Below are positions 48,603-59,031 of a stretch of DNA of 63,358 bases, piece by piece (positions within the stretch are counted from its first letter, which is position 1; the number at the start of each line of letters is the position of its first letter). Below the pieces are notes generated by a model. It was not told where the DNA came from. It worked only from the letters and a program-made list of their open reading frames with translations, and did not search any database. The stretch spans positions 1 through 63,358 of the forward strand of contig JAOTUR010000001.1 in the NCBI GenBank assembly GCA_029863805.1, in the 5' to 3' direction. Source of the stretch: Candidatus Krumholzibacteriia bacterium. Lineage in GTDB: Bacteria; Krumholzibacteriota; Krumholzibacteriia; WVZY01. Both the position numbers and the translations under genes were made by a program.

Positions 48603-49064
48603 TCAACCCGGTCGTGACCTGCCTGCTTCGGCAACGATCCAGTCGATAGCCCTGAGATAACTCTGGTAGCCAAGGCCGACTATCTGCTGGCGACAAACAG
48701 GTGCTATCACCGACCGACTTCGAAACTCCTCCCTCGCCTGAATGTCGCTCAAATGGACCTCGACCGCTGGGACACCGACCGCCTCGATCGCATCACGAAT
48801 TGCGAAGCTGTAGTGGGTGTATGCACCCGGATTGATAATGAGAGCCTGGTGAGGATCCTGTGGGTCTTTGGCAGCGAGTTCGTGAATCTTATCGATGATG
48901 TTACCCTCGTGGTTGTTCTGATACAGGGTGACGGTTGCTCCACGTTTTTTTGCGTGCTCCACGATGATCACATTGATCTCCGCGAGAGTCCTGGTTCCAT
49001 AGATCTCCGTGTTGCGGGTGCCCAATAGGTTCAAATTCGGGCCATGGATTACAAGGATCTTCAT
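48603..49064 (-). CDS. aroQ: type II 3-dehydroquinate dehydratase
   Basis: 'MKILVIHGPNLNLLGTR...YG', 'NHEG' and 'INPGAYTHYSFAIRDA' are present. ATG 49064 lies 2 nt after the aroK/B stop. Confidence 0.9.
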   Translation of the reverse strand: MKILVIHGPNLNLLGTRNTEIYGTRTLAEINVIIVEHAKKRGATVTLYQNNHEGNIIDKIHELAAKDPQDPHQALIINPGAYTHYSFAIRDAIEAVGVPAVEVHLSDIQAREEFRSRSVIAPVCRQQIVGLGYQSYLRAIDWIVAEAGRSRPG

Positions 49065-49066
49065 GC

Positions 49067-50755
49067 TCAAGCTACCCCCACCGTCGATAGGATTTCGTCT
49101 ACCGACACATCGTCTACGACGCGAGCGCTGCCGATGCCCGTGGGCAGAACAAAATGAAGCCGGCCATTCCGGACTTTCTTATCGAGCGAAAGGCTGCGCG
49201 TGAACGTCTCGCGATCGAAGCGCTCACATTTGATGGGAAGCCCGCACCAGGATAAGAGGTAGCGGGTTCGGTCGAGAATATCTTTGCCGGTGGTCCCCCG
49301 CACTACGGCGATTTGAAGAGCCGCGATCAGACCAATCGATACTGCTTGACCGTGTTTAAGACCACCGTAGCCTGCTGATGCCTCTAACGCATGCCCGACC
49401 GTGTGTCCAAGATTGAGGGTTCGACGGCGGTCCTTCTCGTAAGGATCCTCGTTGACGATCTGACATTTGATCCTTGCGCTTTCCAGCACACACCGTTCAA
49501 GGAAATGAGTGTTGCGGAGGCGAGTTTGAGAATCGCTGGAGGTTTGTTCCTCGAGGTAATTGAAGAGCGTCTGTGAGCCTACAAGCGCGTATTTTACAAC
49601 CTCAGCCATTCCGTTTGCCACTTCCGTCAATGGAAGCGTGCGCAATGTGCAGGGGTCGACGACTACAAGATGAGGTTGATAGAAGCTTCCGATCAAATTC
49701 TTTGCCAGGCTGTGGTTGACACCGACCTTACCGCCAATGCTGGAATCCACCTGGGCCAGCAACGTTGTTGGGACATGCACCAAAGGAACTCCCCGCATAT
49801 AGAGCGATGCTACGAATCCACCAATATCGCCGGTGACACCACCCCCCACCGGAATGATGGTTGCATCCCGTCGTGCACCGCTATCGATTAGACGATCGAT
49901 GATGTCACTCGTCTGATCCAGGTGTTTCCGTGCGTCTCCATCTTCGACCTCGAGCAGGGTAGAGGTGATACCAGCGAGACGCAAAGAGGCTTGAAGTTGG
50001 GTGGTAAACAATCCTCGCGTGGTCTCTGGCATCAGTAAGAAGGCGTGACCCGTCAAACCCAAGTCGATCAGGTAATTGCCTAGCTTTGACAGCGAGCCGC
50101 GACCGATATCGACACGTGACACGCCGTACCGCCCACGCGGTGTCGAGTTATCACCATCGGTCGATCCGGCCCCGGGGTTTACGAACAGCGACTCACTGGG
50201 AAGTTCGAGCATCGCCGCAATCTGAGCGGCAACCTCAACCGGTCTACGGTTTGTTGTGTTCACTGTGTTCTTGATTTTGCTATAGAGGTCTGCGCGTTCC
50301 TTTACAAGTGCAGAAATGCGCTCGCGAAGCGCATCACCGGACAGGGCGACCCCGTCTTCACACAGAAGAGGTCTCTTTCGACTGAATTGCAGGCGCTGGT
50401 ACAGGGCTTCCGTCGTGGTCTCGAGCAACACGATGTGCGCGGTCTGCGCAAACAGATCGAATGTCGCAGTGTCCAGTAATGTACCACCTCCGGTGGCGAT
50501 GACCGATCCGCACGTGTCTTTCATGTCGGCACAGAGCGACTTCTCCATGTCACGAAAATAACTCTCCCCGTGCCTCTCGAAAATCTTGGCTACTGGTAAA
50601 CCGGCTGACTTCTCGATCTCCGTGTCAGTGTCGATAAATTCCAACCCCAGCATATCGGCAAGAATCTGGGCGACGGACGTCTTGCCCGTTGCCATGAAAC
50701 CCGTGATGACAATCCTCGGTGGCGCTAGACTATCGGACTTGGTCATCTCTTGCAT
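49067..50755 (-). CDS. aroKB: bifunctional shikimate kinase / 3-dehydroquinate synthase (AroK-AroB fusion)
   Basis: The N-terminal part 'IVITGFMATGKTSVAQILADMLGLEFIDTD' is shikimate kinase. The C-terminal ~360 aa carry 'GGGVTGDIGGFVA', 'VPTTLLAQVDSSIGGK' and 'LNLGHTVGHALE' and are DHQ synthase. I trimmed the start to ATG 50755, which overlaps the aroC stop (TGATG). Confidence 0.9.
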   Translation of the reverse strand: MQEMTKSDSLAPPRIVITGFMATGKTSVAQILADMLGLEFIDTDTEIEKSAGLPVAKIFERHGESYFRDMEKSLCADMKDTCGSVIATGGGTLLDTATFDLFAQTAHIVLLETTTEALYQRLQFSRKRPLLCEDGVALSGDALRERISALVKERADLYSKIKNTVNTTNRRPVEVAAQIAAMLELPSESLFVNPGAGSTDGDNSTPRGRYGVSRVDIGRGSLSKLGNYLIDLGLTGHAFLLMPETTRGLFTTQLQASLRLAGITSTLLEVEDGDARKHLDQTSDIIDRLIDSGARRDATIIPVGGGVTGDIGGFVASLYMRGVPLVHVPTTLLAQVDSSIGGKVGVNHSLAKNLIGSFYQPHLVVVDPCTLRTLPLTEVANGMAEVVKYALVGSQTLFNYLEEQTSSDSQTRLRNTHFLERCVLESARIKCQIVNEDPYEKDRRRTLNLGHTVGHALEASAGYGGLKHGQAVSIGLIAALQIAVVRGTTGKDILDRTRYLLSWCGLPIKCERFDRETFTRSLSLDKKVRNGRLHFVLPTGIGSARVVDDVSVDEILSTVGVA

Positions 50756-51891
50756 CAAAGGATTCCTCGCTTTGCAAGACCGGTTACATAACTTCCGTAG
50801 TTCGCTTTCATCTGATCGATTGAGTCGCCACCAAATTGTTCCACCATAGCCAGCAGGAGTTCCCATGCCACAACGCCCTCGGCGATCACGGTCAAAGCGG
50901 GGAGCACACATACATCGGAGCGGACAAAGGGGCTCTTCGCCGACTTCATCATTTTCATATCGTACGAGGAAAGGCGCTTCAATGAGGTGGGCAGCGGTTT
51001 GGCATAGAGGCGCATGATGATGTCCTCTCCGTTGGTCATACTTCCTTCGATGCCGCCGGCGTGGTTCGTCTTGCGAGACACACGGCCGCGGTCAAGATAC
51101 ATCGCATCGTGTGATTCAAAACCCTTTAGCCTGTGAGTCTTGAGTACATCGCCGATCTCGACCGCCTTCACGCTCTGGATGCTCACCAACGCCCCAGCCA
51201 GACGCGCATCGAGTTTGCGGTCTGATTCAACGTGCGTTCCAAGACCAGGAATCAAGCCGGTAGCCACTACTTCCACCCTTCCCCCCAGTGAGTTGCCCTC
51301 CTTCTTGGCGACCCGGATCGTCTCGATCATCTTGTCGGCCGCTTGTTTGTCAGCACAGTACAGCGGTGACCGAGACACGCTTCGCTTTAGCTTTGCAAAC
51401 GGGACAGGGGCTACGTCCGCATCCACACCCCCGATTGATGTAACGTGGCCCAGTATTTCTATCGCAAACAACTTCAAAACACTCTTGGCCAGTGATCCGA
51501 AGGCGACCCGCATCGCCGTTCCCCTCGCGCTCGACCGCTCCGAGATCGGGGGCACCTCGTCGAAACCGTATTTCAGACAACCCGCGAGGTCGGCGTGTCC
51601 AGGCCGTGGCACGCTACCCAGCGCGCCACCAGGTTTACCCGACACGGTTCGTCCCAAATTCTGCACAAGAATGGCGATCGGTGCTCCTGTCGTCCTACCT
51701 TTCCACAAACCACTGACGATCTTGATGCTATCGCGCTCTATATTCTGGCGAGCACTCCGGCCGTACGACTTTCTACGACGGCTAAGATCGCGTTCGATAT
51801 CTCGTACCGATACGCGGTGCCCGGCCGGGAAGCCTTCGATAATGCCCACAAGAAGCTCGCCGTGCGAGTCACCCGCGGTAAGAGATCTCAT
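50755..51891 (-). CDS. aroC: chorismate synthase
   Basis: 'MRSLTAGDSHGE', 'RPGHADL' and 'ERSSARGTA' are present. Confidence 0.95.
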   Translation of the reverse strand: MRSLTAGDSHGELLVGIIEGFPAGHRVSVRDIERDLSRRRKSYGRSARQNIERDSIKIVSGLWKGRTTGAPIAILVQNLGRTVSGKPGGALGSVPRPGHADLAGCLKYGFDEVPPISERSSARGTAMRVAFGSLAKSVLKLFAIEILGHVTSIGGVDADVAPVPFAKLKRSVSRSPLYCADKQAADKMIETIRVAKKEGNSLGGRVEVVATGLIPGLGTHVESDRKLDARLAGALVSIQSVKAVEIGDVLKTHRLKGFESHDAMYLDRGRVSRKTNHAGGIEGSMTNGEDIIMRLYAKPLPTSLKRLSSYDMKMMKSAKSPFVRSDVCVLPALTVIAEGVVAWELLLAMVEQFGGDSIDQMKANYGSYVTGLAKRGIL

Positions 51892-51974
51892 ACGAACATC
51901 TCCCCAATTTCATTCTGATCCGTGTAACGTTTCGTGCATGACGCGAATTTAATAGGGCGGCCTGTACTCTTGCA

Positions 51975-52865
51975 TCATTTTGTTTGCGCCACCCCGCCAT
52001 CCGCGATATGCGCCGAGACGGCACCATACATCTCGGTGAGTGAAAAATCCTTGCCAGTCCAAAGACGAAATCCTGCTCTTGCCTGCGCGACCAGAGGTGC
52101 CAAACCGTCGACTGTCTTGGCGCCCCTATGCCTGGCAGCTTTGATAAACGCTGTTTCGCGAGGATGGTAAACAAGATCGAGGCAGCAGTGCCTGTCTCGT
52201 ATCACCGAGTCATCGGTCAGCAGTCGGCCTTCAGTAAAGCCGACCATACCGACGGTTGTCGCATTGATGATTATGTCCACCAGGTCGAACACGCCCCTGT
52301 CCCGAGTCAGGTTCGCCACGAGATAACAGTCTATGCAACAACCCGGGAACGCCCGACGATAACGATCTACCGTTCGCTGTGCCTTTTTCGCATCACGTAC
52401 GCCGAAAGTTACTGCCCGAGCCCCCGCTTGCAGAAGTCCGTAAGCGACGGCACGCGCGGCACCACCGCCACCAAAAACGAAGACCCGCTTGCCGGACACT
52501 GGAGTAGCCCCCAGAACTTCCAGTGCTTGAGTGGTGCCGACCGCATCGGTATTGTCTGCTAATATGCCTTCGTCCGTAAATCGCAATATGTTGACTGCCT
52601 CGATCAGGTCAACAGCCGGTGTGGCTCGGTCCGCCAGTGATCGTGAGAGCTCTTTCAAAGGGTACGTGACATTGGCTCCGACAAAGCCACGGCTGCGCAA
52701 CCCGTGGATCGCATCCGGCAGGCGTTCCATCGACACAGCAAAAGCCGAATATACTGCATCCAGTCTACATTCGCCAAAAGCCCGGTTCATGATAAAGGGA
52801 GAGAGGCTGTGATCGACGGGATCGCCGATCAGGCAGTACAGTTTCTTGTGCACGATACTATCCAC
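51975..52865 (-). CDS. aroE: shikimate dehydrogenase
   Basis: 'YCLIGDPVDHSLSPFIMN', 'GANVTYPLK' and 'VFGGGGAARAVAYGL' are present. Confidence 0.9.
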   Translation of the reverse strand: MDSIVHKKLYCLIGDPVDHSLSPFIMNRAFGECRLDAVYSAFAVSMERLPDAIHGLRSRGFVGANVTYPLKELSRSLADRATPAVDLIEAVNILRFTDEGILADNTDAVGTTQALEVLGATPVSGKRVFVFGGGGAARAVAYGLLQAGARAVTFGVRDAKKAQRTVDRYRRAFPGCCIDCYLVANLTRDRGVFDLVDIIINATTVGMVGFTEGRLLTDDSVIRDRHCCLDLVYHPRETAFIKAARHRGAKTVDGLAPLVAQARAGFRLWTGKDFSLTEMYGAVSAHIADGGVAQTK

Positions 52866-52894
52866 CTGGCTGGACGAGTATGGTCTGCGAGGCT

Positions 52895-54160
52895 CTAGCC
52901 CGATACGGTTTGCAGATCTTTAAAAAACGACGGGTACGATACGCCAATAATGTCACTCCGCTCGATATGCGTTTGCCCTGTTGCCAGCAAGCCGGCGATG
53001 GTCATGGCCATAGCAACGCGGTGATCTCCAAGCGAAGAGACCTTGTTGCCCTTTAGCCGTGTGGGACCACGTATCACAAATCCGTCGTCACGCGCCTCTA
53101 TGTCGGCGCCCATTCGCTTAAGATTGCCGACGATGGCCGCGATCCTGTCGGATTCCTTGTATCGCAGCTCTTTGGCGCCGCTGACGGTTGTTTCCCCCTC
53201 CGCCTGAGTTGCGGCGACGGCGATGATCGGCAACTCGTCAATCAAAGACGGGATTAGCTCGTGACCAATGGTGGTACCTCGCAGCTCGCTAGACTTGACC
53301 ACGATATCGGCGATAGGTTCTTCGAGAAACGAGGCGTGATTGATCAGCTCAATGCTGGCCCCCATCTCCTGCAAGACTCTAATGGCGCCGGTGCGGGTGG
53401 GGTTGATACCCACTGTGGGCAGATACAGTTCGGAACCAGGCACGCACACGCTGGCGACGACGAAGAATGCTGCCGACGACAAGTCTCCAGGTATCTTTAC
53501 CTGAGCGGCTCTTGGCACCGAGCCTCCGCGAATCGCGATTTTGTGGCCGTCGATTTCAACAGGCACGGCCATAGCAGCCAGAAGGCGCTCTGTGTGGTCA
53601 CGGGTCGGGACTCGTTCTTCAACAACCGTAATCCCTTCGGCCATCAGTCCCGCTATCAGGATCGCTGATTTGACTTGTGCGCTCGCCACCGGCGGCTGGT
53701 GTGAAATCGCTTTCAGGCGGCCACCCCTGATCGTGATGGGTAACCGTCCCCCGGGAGCGGTGGCTATGTCGGCCCCCATCTGGCTCAGCGGCTCCACGAT
53801 ACGATCCATCGGACGCCCCCGCAGGGATTCGTCGCCATCGATCGTTGTCTCTCCGGGAAGGCCGGCAAGTAATCCCGAGAGCAAGCGAGCTGTCGTACCA
53901 GAATTACCCGCGTCGATATGTTTTCCAGATACAAACTCTTTCGAGAGAACAAGTAAACGTCCGTCTGGCATTTCTTCAATAAATGCACCCAGCGATCTCA
54001 AACAAGAAACTGTACTGTAAAGGTCAGCGCCAGCCGGCGCTCCCTCGACAACATGCTTGCCTTTGGCCATGGAACCGATGATGAGCGCACGGTGTGCAAT
54101 CGATTTATCGCCCGGCACTCGCACGGTACCTCTTAGTCGTTCAGCAGGTTGCACAAGCAT
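52895..54160 (-). CDS. aroA: 3-phosphoshikimate 1-carboxyvinyltransferase (EPSP synthase)
   Basis: 'VPGDKSIAHRALI', 'GNSGTTARLLSG', 'LRGRPM' and 'DHRVAMA' are present. Confidence 0.95.
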   Translation of the reverse strand: MLVQPAERLRGTVRVPGDKSIAHRALIIGSMAKGKHVVEGAPAGADLYSTVSCLRSLGAFIEEMPDGRLLVLSKEFVSGKHIDAGNSGTTARLLSGLLAGLPGETTIDGDESLRGRPMDRIVEPLSQMGADIATAPGGRLPITIRGGRLKAISHQPPVASAQVKSAILIAGLMAEGITVVEERVPTRDHTERLLAAMAVPVEIDGHKIAIRGGSVPRAAQVKIPGDLSSAAFFVVASVCVPGSELYLPTVGINPTRTGAIRVLQEMGASIELINHASFLEEPIADIVVKSSELRGTTIGHELIPSLIDELPIIAVAATQAEGETTVSGAKELRYKESDRIAAIVGNLKRMGADIEARDDGFVIRGPTRLKGNKVSSLGDHRVAMAMTIAGLLATGQTHIERSDIIGVSYPSFFKDLQTVSG

Positions 54161-54403
54161 CCAGGCATTCCTCGTCGCATAATATCTGCCACGGAAGAGC
54201 CACGTGGCACAAAAACGTCATCTCCGTCGCCTATCGCGCCCCGAGAAACACGAGCCCCCCAGCCGAGTGTATTCTCCGGCGGGACACAAGGGGCCAAAGC
54301 GATGGCGCATGAGCCACCGACCTGACCGAGAACGATGTCTGCAGAATACTGGATTTGCGATTTCATCCTCAGGAAAGGGCTCTTGCCGTTGCCCAGCTTC
54401 AGC

Positions 54404-55444
54404 CTAGCCTACGTGTGTCCCGGCACGCTGAACTCGACGTCCCACTGCAAGGGCGATGGGATCGATCTCTTTCATCATATCCCGAAACTCGGCAAACGAG
54501 AGACTTTGAATACCGTCGCTCAGAGCATTCTCCGGCGACGGGTGTACCTCGACAATGATTCCGTCCGCACCGGCGGCCACAGCGGCGCGCGCCGCGGCGG
54601 GGACGAACTCCCGGTGACCGGTGCCGTGGCTTGGATCCACGATCACTGGTAAATGACTGTTCTTCTTGATTACGGGTACGGCGGAAATGTCTAACGTATT
54701 GCGCGTGGCCTTTTCAAACGAGCGAATTCCACGCTCGCACAGTAACACCTGAGAGTTTCCATTCGACAAGATGTATTCTGCGGCTAACAAAAGTTCTTCT
54801 ATCGTAGACATCATGCCACGCTTGAGTAACACCGGTTTTCTTACCTTGCCAACCGCTTCCAGCAACGCATAATTTTGCATGTTTCTCGCACCGACCTGGA
54901 GAATGTCTGCATACTTGCCGACCAGGTCGACGAGTTCCGGAGATGTGACTTCGGTTATGATGGGTAGGCCCGTCGCATCACGAGCCTCGGCCAGCAACTT
55001 CAAACCCTCCTCACCGAGACCCTGAAAGCTATAGGGTGAAGTTCGAGGTTTGAAGGCCCCACCCCGTAAGATGTGTGCGCCTGCCTCCTTGACTGCCGCG
55101 GCCGTCGCCAGGATTTGATCTCGTGACTCGACAGCGCACGGGCCCGCCATCACCACAATATTCTCACCACCGATCGTTACCCCGTTTACTTTTACGACCG
55201 TTCGACCCGGTTTGAACTCTCTATTGACCAGCTTGAAGGATTTGGTGATAGGCACCACCTGTTCGACTCCCCGCATGTCGGCCAATTCGGACAACCGGGG
55301 GTTTTCCTCGCCACCTATCACACCAACGATGGTTTGCTCAGGTCCTCGGGAAGGGTGTGGTTTCAGACCAAGGGCCTCGATGGACTTGATGACCGCACCG
55401 ATCTCGGCTACCGATGCGCCACTTTTCATCACAACCAGCATCAT
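54404..55444 (-). CDS. 3-deoxy-7-phosphoheptulonate (DAHP) synthase, class I-beta with N-terminal ACT/ferredoxin-like regulatory domain
   Basis: I trimmed the start to ATG 55444 ([11 protein letters not shown]..., GGGAGA upstream). From there the protein is colinear with my recollection of Thermotoga maritima DAHPS (…GPCAVES…[23 protein letters not shown]…LLKRG…CERGIRSFE…NTLDISAVP…DPSH…). Confidence 0.9.
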   Translation of the reverse strand: MMLVVMKSGASVAEIGAVIKSIEALGLKPHPSRGPEQTIVGVIGGEENPRLSELADMRGVEQVVPITKSFKLVNREFKPGRTVVKVNGVTIGGENIVVMAGPCAVESRDQILATAAAVKEAGAHILRGGAFKPRTSPYSFQGLGEEGLKLLAEARDATGLPIITEVTSPELVDLVGKYADILQVGARNMQNYALLEAVGKVRKPVLLKRGMMSTIEELLLAAEYILSNGNSQVLLCERGIRSFEKATRNTLDISAVPVIKKNSHLPVIVDPSHGTGHREFVPAAARAAVAAGADGIIVEVHPSPENALSDGIQSLSFAEFRDMMKEIDPIALAVGRRVQRAGTHVG

Positions 55445-55547
55445 AACTATTCTCCCATGTGATCGGTTCTCAACCCTTGCGTGCTCGCGGCGGTTGGCAA
55501 CCCGCCAAAATCCATTGTTCGAACAGCGACAGCTCTCAGCTCGAACT

Positions 55548-56393
55548 TCACGCGAATCGGTCTCGCCGAGAGTTTGATCTGCCCGCCAGTCGTCCGGCGC
55601 GGGATTCAATGGCTGCTTTTACTTCTGCCAAAAAAGCATGCACGCTCCTAACCCCCACGCTATTGGATGCCGCAGACTCGATCAATCGGATCAACGCACT
55701 ACCGATGATAACTCCATCGCTGTGGGCAACGGCAGCCTTCGCCGTCCGTATATCGGAGATGCCGAAGCCGACGTAAAGCGGCAGATCCGTTGCCGCTCGA
55801 ACCCTCGCAACAAACGAGGAGATCTCTCCCGAGATCGGTGAGCGCACACCGGTAACTCCAGTAACGGAGACGAGGTAAAGGAATCCGTCCGCTTCGTCGG
55901 CGATGGCTTCGATGCGGTCGTCGTTGGACGTCGGCGCGATAAGATCAACATAGACAATATCTCTGCTCTTCAGGGCAGACCGCACCATGTCAGATTCTTC
56001 GAGCGGCAGGTCGGGGACTATTACCCCTGCTACGCCGGCGGCCGACGCCAGCTCAGCGAAGTGTCCGTCACCCATGCGTAGTATTGGATTATAATAACTC
56101 ATAAGTACAATCGGCGTGGTGATTTCTTTTGCGATGTCTGCGGCGAGCTCGAGGCTATGTCGCAGCGACATGCCGTTGTCGAGGGCTCTCTTGGACGAAG
56201 TCTGGATCAGGGGACCATCGGCGATGGGGTCCGAGAAGGGTATGCCAATTTCTATCACGTCGCAGCCGGAGGCATGTGCCGACCACACCAGATCCAAAAA
56301 GGTCTTTTCATCCGGATAACCGGCGGTGAAAAACGCCACCAGCGCTTTGCGTCCACGTTCCTTGAGCGCATGCGTGACTTGGTGTAACTTCAT
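55548..56393 (-). CDS. trpA: tryptophan synthase alpha chain
   Basis: '[12 protein letters not shown]', '[15 protein letters not shown]' and 'GFGIS' are present. The start overlaps the trpB stop. Confidence 0.95.
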   Translation of the reverse strand: MKLHQVTHALKERGRKALVAFFTAGYPDEKTFLDLVWSAHASGCDVIEIGIPFSDPIADGPLIQTSSKRALDNGMSLRHSLELAADIAKEITTPIVLMSYYNPILRMGDGHFAELASAAGVAGVIVPDLPLEESDMVRSALKSRDIVYVDLIAPTSNDDRIEAIADEADGFLYLVSVTGVTGVRSPISGEISSFVARVRAATDLPLYVGFGISDIRTAKAAVAHSDGVIIGSALIRLIESAASNSVGVRSVHAFLAEVKAAIESRAGRLAGRSNSRRDRFA

Positions 56394-57559
56394 CCGCCAA
56401 CCTCGCTGCGCACACTGTCTATATCTTTATCGCCACGACCGGAGAGATTGACGATGATGATTTGGTCGTGTTTGGAACCTGTGCTCAAGCGTTGCTTGAC
56501 AAAGGCTAGCGCGTGGCTGGATTCCAGCGCAGGTATAATGCCCTCCAGGCGCGAAAGCTCCCGAAACGCCTCCAGCGCCTCCTCGTCGGTTACGCTCGCA
56601 TATGTCACGCGTCCCGTGTCCTTTAGATAACTGTGCTCCGGACCGACGCCGGGGTAGTCGAGACCCGCGGATATCGAGTGGGCCAGCTGAACCTGGCCAT
56701 CCGTATCCTGAAGCAGATAGCTGAGCGAGCCGTGAAGCACGCCCGGAGACCCCTTGCACAAGGCGGCCGCATGACCGGCACTGGATCCACCTGCCTCCAC
56801 TCCGAAAGCTTGTACCGAAACATCATCCACAAACGCCGAGAACATGCCGAGGGCGTTAGAACCCCCGCCGACACAGGCGACGAGCCAGTGGGGAAGTCGC
56901 TGCTCGAGGTCGAGAATTTGTTGGCGCGTCTCTCGACCGATGATCGACTGAAAATCGCGGACGATAGTGGGGTAGGGGTGTGGCCCCACCGTTGATCCAA
57001 TAATATAATGGGAACTAGTCACGCTGGTAACCCAATCACGGATCGCTTCATTCGTCGCGTCTTTCAGCGTACGGCTGCCGCTTGCTACCGGTATGACTTC
57101 GGCCCCAAGCAACTTCATGCGCGTAACGTTGGGCTTCTGGCGCAACATGTCCACCTCGCCCATGTATACCGTGCAGGTCATGTCAAAAAGCGCAGCTACG
57201 GTCGCCGTTGCCACGCCGTGTTGCCCGGCACCGGTCTCCGCGATGATACGAGTCTTGCCCATCCGACAAGCCAAAAGCGCCTGACCCAGACAATTGTTGA
57301 TCTTGTGAGCGCCCGTGTGGTTGAGATCTTCGCGCTTGAGGTAAATCTTCGAGTCTTTGCCGTAGTAAGTGCTCAGACGACGTGCGAGGTACAGCGGTGT
57401 GGGACGGCCGGAATAGGTCTCCAACAAGTGCTGAAGCTGAACACGAAATGCGGTGTCTCCATTCGCGTCGTCATAGGCAGCTTCCAACTCGACAAGACAA
57501 GGCATTAGCGTTTCGGGTACGTACTGACCACCGTAAATGCCAAATCGGCCGCGGCTCAA
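56390..57559 (-). CDS. trpB: tryptophan synthase beta chain
   Basis: 'GQYVPETLM', '[15 protein letters not shown]' and 'GGGSNA' are present. Confidence 0.95.
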   Translation of the reverse strand: MSRGRFGIYGGQYVPETLMPCLVELEAAYDDANGDTAFRVQLQHLLETYSGRPTPLYLARRLSTYYGKDSKIYLKREDLNHTGAHKINNCLGQALLACRMGKTRIIAETGAGQHGVATATVAALFDMTCTVYMGEVDMLRQKPNVTRMKLLGAEVIPVASGSRTLKDATNEAIRDWVTSVTSSHYIIGSTVGPHPYPTIVRDFQSIIGRETRQQILDLEQRLPHWLVACVGGGSNALGMFSAFVDDVSVQAFGVEAGGSSAGHAAALCKGSPGVLHGSLSYLLQDTDGQVQLAHSISAGLDYPGVGPEHSYLKDTGRVTYASVTDEEALEAFRELSRLEGIIPALESSHALAFVKQRLSTGSKHDQIIIVNLSGRGDKDIDSVRSEVGG

Positions 57560-58203
57560 CGTCGAGCTTCCTGGATAAAACGATTCAGAGTCTTTGCATC
57601 CTTGACGCCGGGTGCTTTCTCAACACCTCTGGCGACATCGATGCAATACGGCCCCACATGGTGTACTGCCTCTCTTACATTTGCGGCTGTGAGAGCACCG
57701 GCCAGGAAGATACGGTACCCTGTGCGCCGCAAGCCAGCAGCGGTCGACCACAGGCGTTGCTGCTGACCGTTAATGGGGCTTGAGATATCGCTTCTTACCC
57801 CCCGGTTCTTGTCCAGATCAAGCAGAAAGTAGCTGATTCGCGTGTATTCCTTGAGTCTGGTGGGGTCGTCGAGTTGTCTGCTGCCGAGCGCCTTGATGAT
57901 CGGTAGCGAGAGGCGCGACAGCAGGGTGTCACAGTACGCCGGCGATTCATGTCCGTGCAACTGAACCAAGTTTACGCGCGACGCACAACTCAGCTCCACA
58001 ACGTCTGCAAGCGGCGCATCCACGAAAACACCTATGAGCATAGCCTTGGGAACCGCCCTACGGATTAATCGAGCGGTGTCCACATCTACGCGGCGCTTGC
58101 TGTCGGCGAATATCATGCCCAGATAGTCGGCGCCCAGGGACCAGCTCAGCTTGGCGTCCTCGGGTGAAGTGATTCCACAAATCTTGATTCGCGTGTCTCT
58201 CAT
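57556..58203 (-). CDS. trpF: phosphoribosylanthranilate isomerase
   Basis: 'IKICGIT', 'GADYLGMIF' and 'VQLHG' are present. There are 4-nt overlaps on both sides. Confidence 0.9.
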   Translation of the reverse strand: MRDTRIKICGITSPEDAKLSWSLGADYLGMIFADSKRRVDVDTARLIRRAVPKAMLIGVFVDAPLADVVELSCASRVNLVQLHGHESPAYCDTLLSRLSLPIIKALGSRQLDDPTRLKEYTRISYFLLDLDKNRGVRSDISSPINGQQQRLWSTAAGLRRTGYRIFLAGALTAANVREAVHHVGPYCIDVARGVEKAPGVKDAKTLNRFIQEARR

Positions 58204-59018
58204 ACCGTTCTACTTTTCTTAACCCTGTCGCAATTGTCGGTCGCCCGTGACTTGCCAAGAAGTGTCCGCAGTACCTTGCCCGGATCTGACGACTCGAGCA
58301 AAGCCCCTCCAACCAAGAACGCATTTACGCCCAGCTGGCAAAGTTCCTGGATATCGCGGCGGCTACGGATACCGCTTTCCGATACGATCAACGCGCTATT
58401 GCCCACAAGGCCAACTAGATTCCTGGTGGCGTCGAGAGAGACCTCCAGGGTATCGAGGTCGCGATTGTTGATGCCAACGATCTCGGCACCCGCCTGTGTA
58501 GCCCGCAATAGATCGCGGCGCGAGTGGATTTCGACCAGGGCCCTCATTCCAAGTTGATGTGTAACGGCAAGCAGGGACCTGAGACGATCGGCGCTCAGAA
58601 TTAGACTTATCAAGAGAACCGCGTCGGCTCCGAAAGCGCGCGCCTCGTATATTTGGTACGGATCAAAAAAGAAATCCTTGACCAAGACCGGTAGCGAGAC
58701 CTGGTTGCGTATGGCCTGCGCATCGGCCAACGACATGCCAAAGTGTATCTCATCGGTCACCACCGATACCGCACAGGCCCCATTGCGCTCATAAACCGCG
58801 GCAAGGCCATCGATGTGTTGGGCCTGTGTGAATTCGGCAACTCGCGGTGACCGCTTCTTGACTTCGGCAATGATCTTGTCACCTCCAAGCAGCGCACCGT
58901 AGAAGTCCCGGGTGGGCCCAACATCGACGAGGCTGCGGAGCTTCTCCAACGGTAACGCATCCATTTTGCGCGCAACCTCGCGCTTTTTCTGTCTCATGAT
59001 CTCGCTAAGAAAACTCAA
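58200..59018 (-). CDS. trpC: indole-3-glycerol phosphate synthase
   Basis: 'IIAEVKKRSP', 'VLVKDFF', 'GADAVLLI', 'LVEIH' and 'IGINNRDL' are present. Confidence 0.95.
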   Translation of the reverse strand: MSFLSEIMRQKKREVARKMDALPLEKLRSLVDVGPTRDFYGALLGGDKIIAEVKKRSPRVAEFTQAQHIDGLAAVYERNGACAVSVVTDEIHFGMSLADAQAIRNQVSLPVLVKDFFFDPYQIYEARAFGADAVLLISLILSADRLRSLLAVTHQLGMRALVEIHSRRDLLRATQAGAEIVGINNRDLDTLEVSLDATRNLVGLVGNSALIVSESGIRSRRDIQELCQLGVNAFLVGGALLESSDPGKVLRTLLGKSRATDNCDRVKKSRTV

Positions 59019-59031
59019 CCTTTACTCCTCC

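Noticed and set aside
50756-50911. The N-terminal extension of the aroK/aroB ORF, which overlaps aroC.
   Set aside because: It has a shadow-frame composition. ATG 50755 overlaps the aroC stop in the classic TGATG coupling arrangement and precedes the P-loop by a normal distance.
54133-54366. The 77-aa minus-strand ORF in the DAHPS-aroA gap, as a possible small gene such as a chorismate mutase remnant.
   Set aside because: It runs into the aroA coding region out of frame and has no motif resembling AroH/AroQ-type mutases. The gap is more simply an internal regulatory or promoter region.
55445-55609. The N-terminal extension of the DAHP synthase ORF, which overlaps trpA.
   Set aside because: Colinearity with Thermotoga-type DAHPS starts at MMLVVMK (ATG 55444, with GGGAGA upstream). 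The extension would overlap the trpA 3' end.
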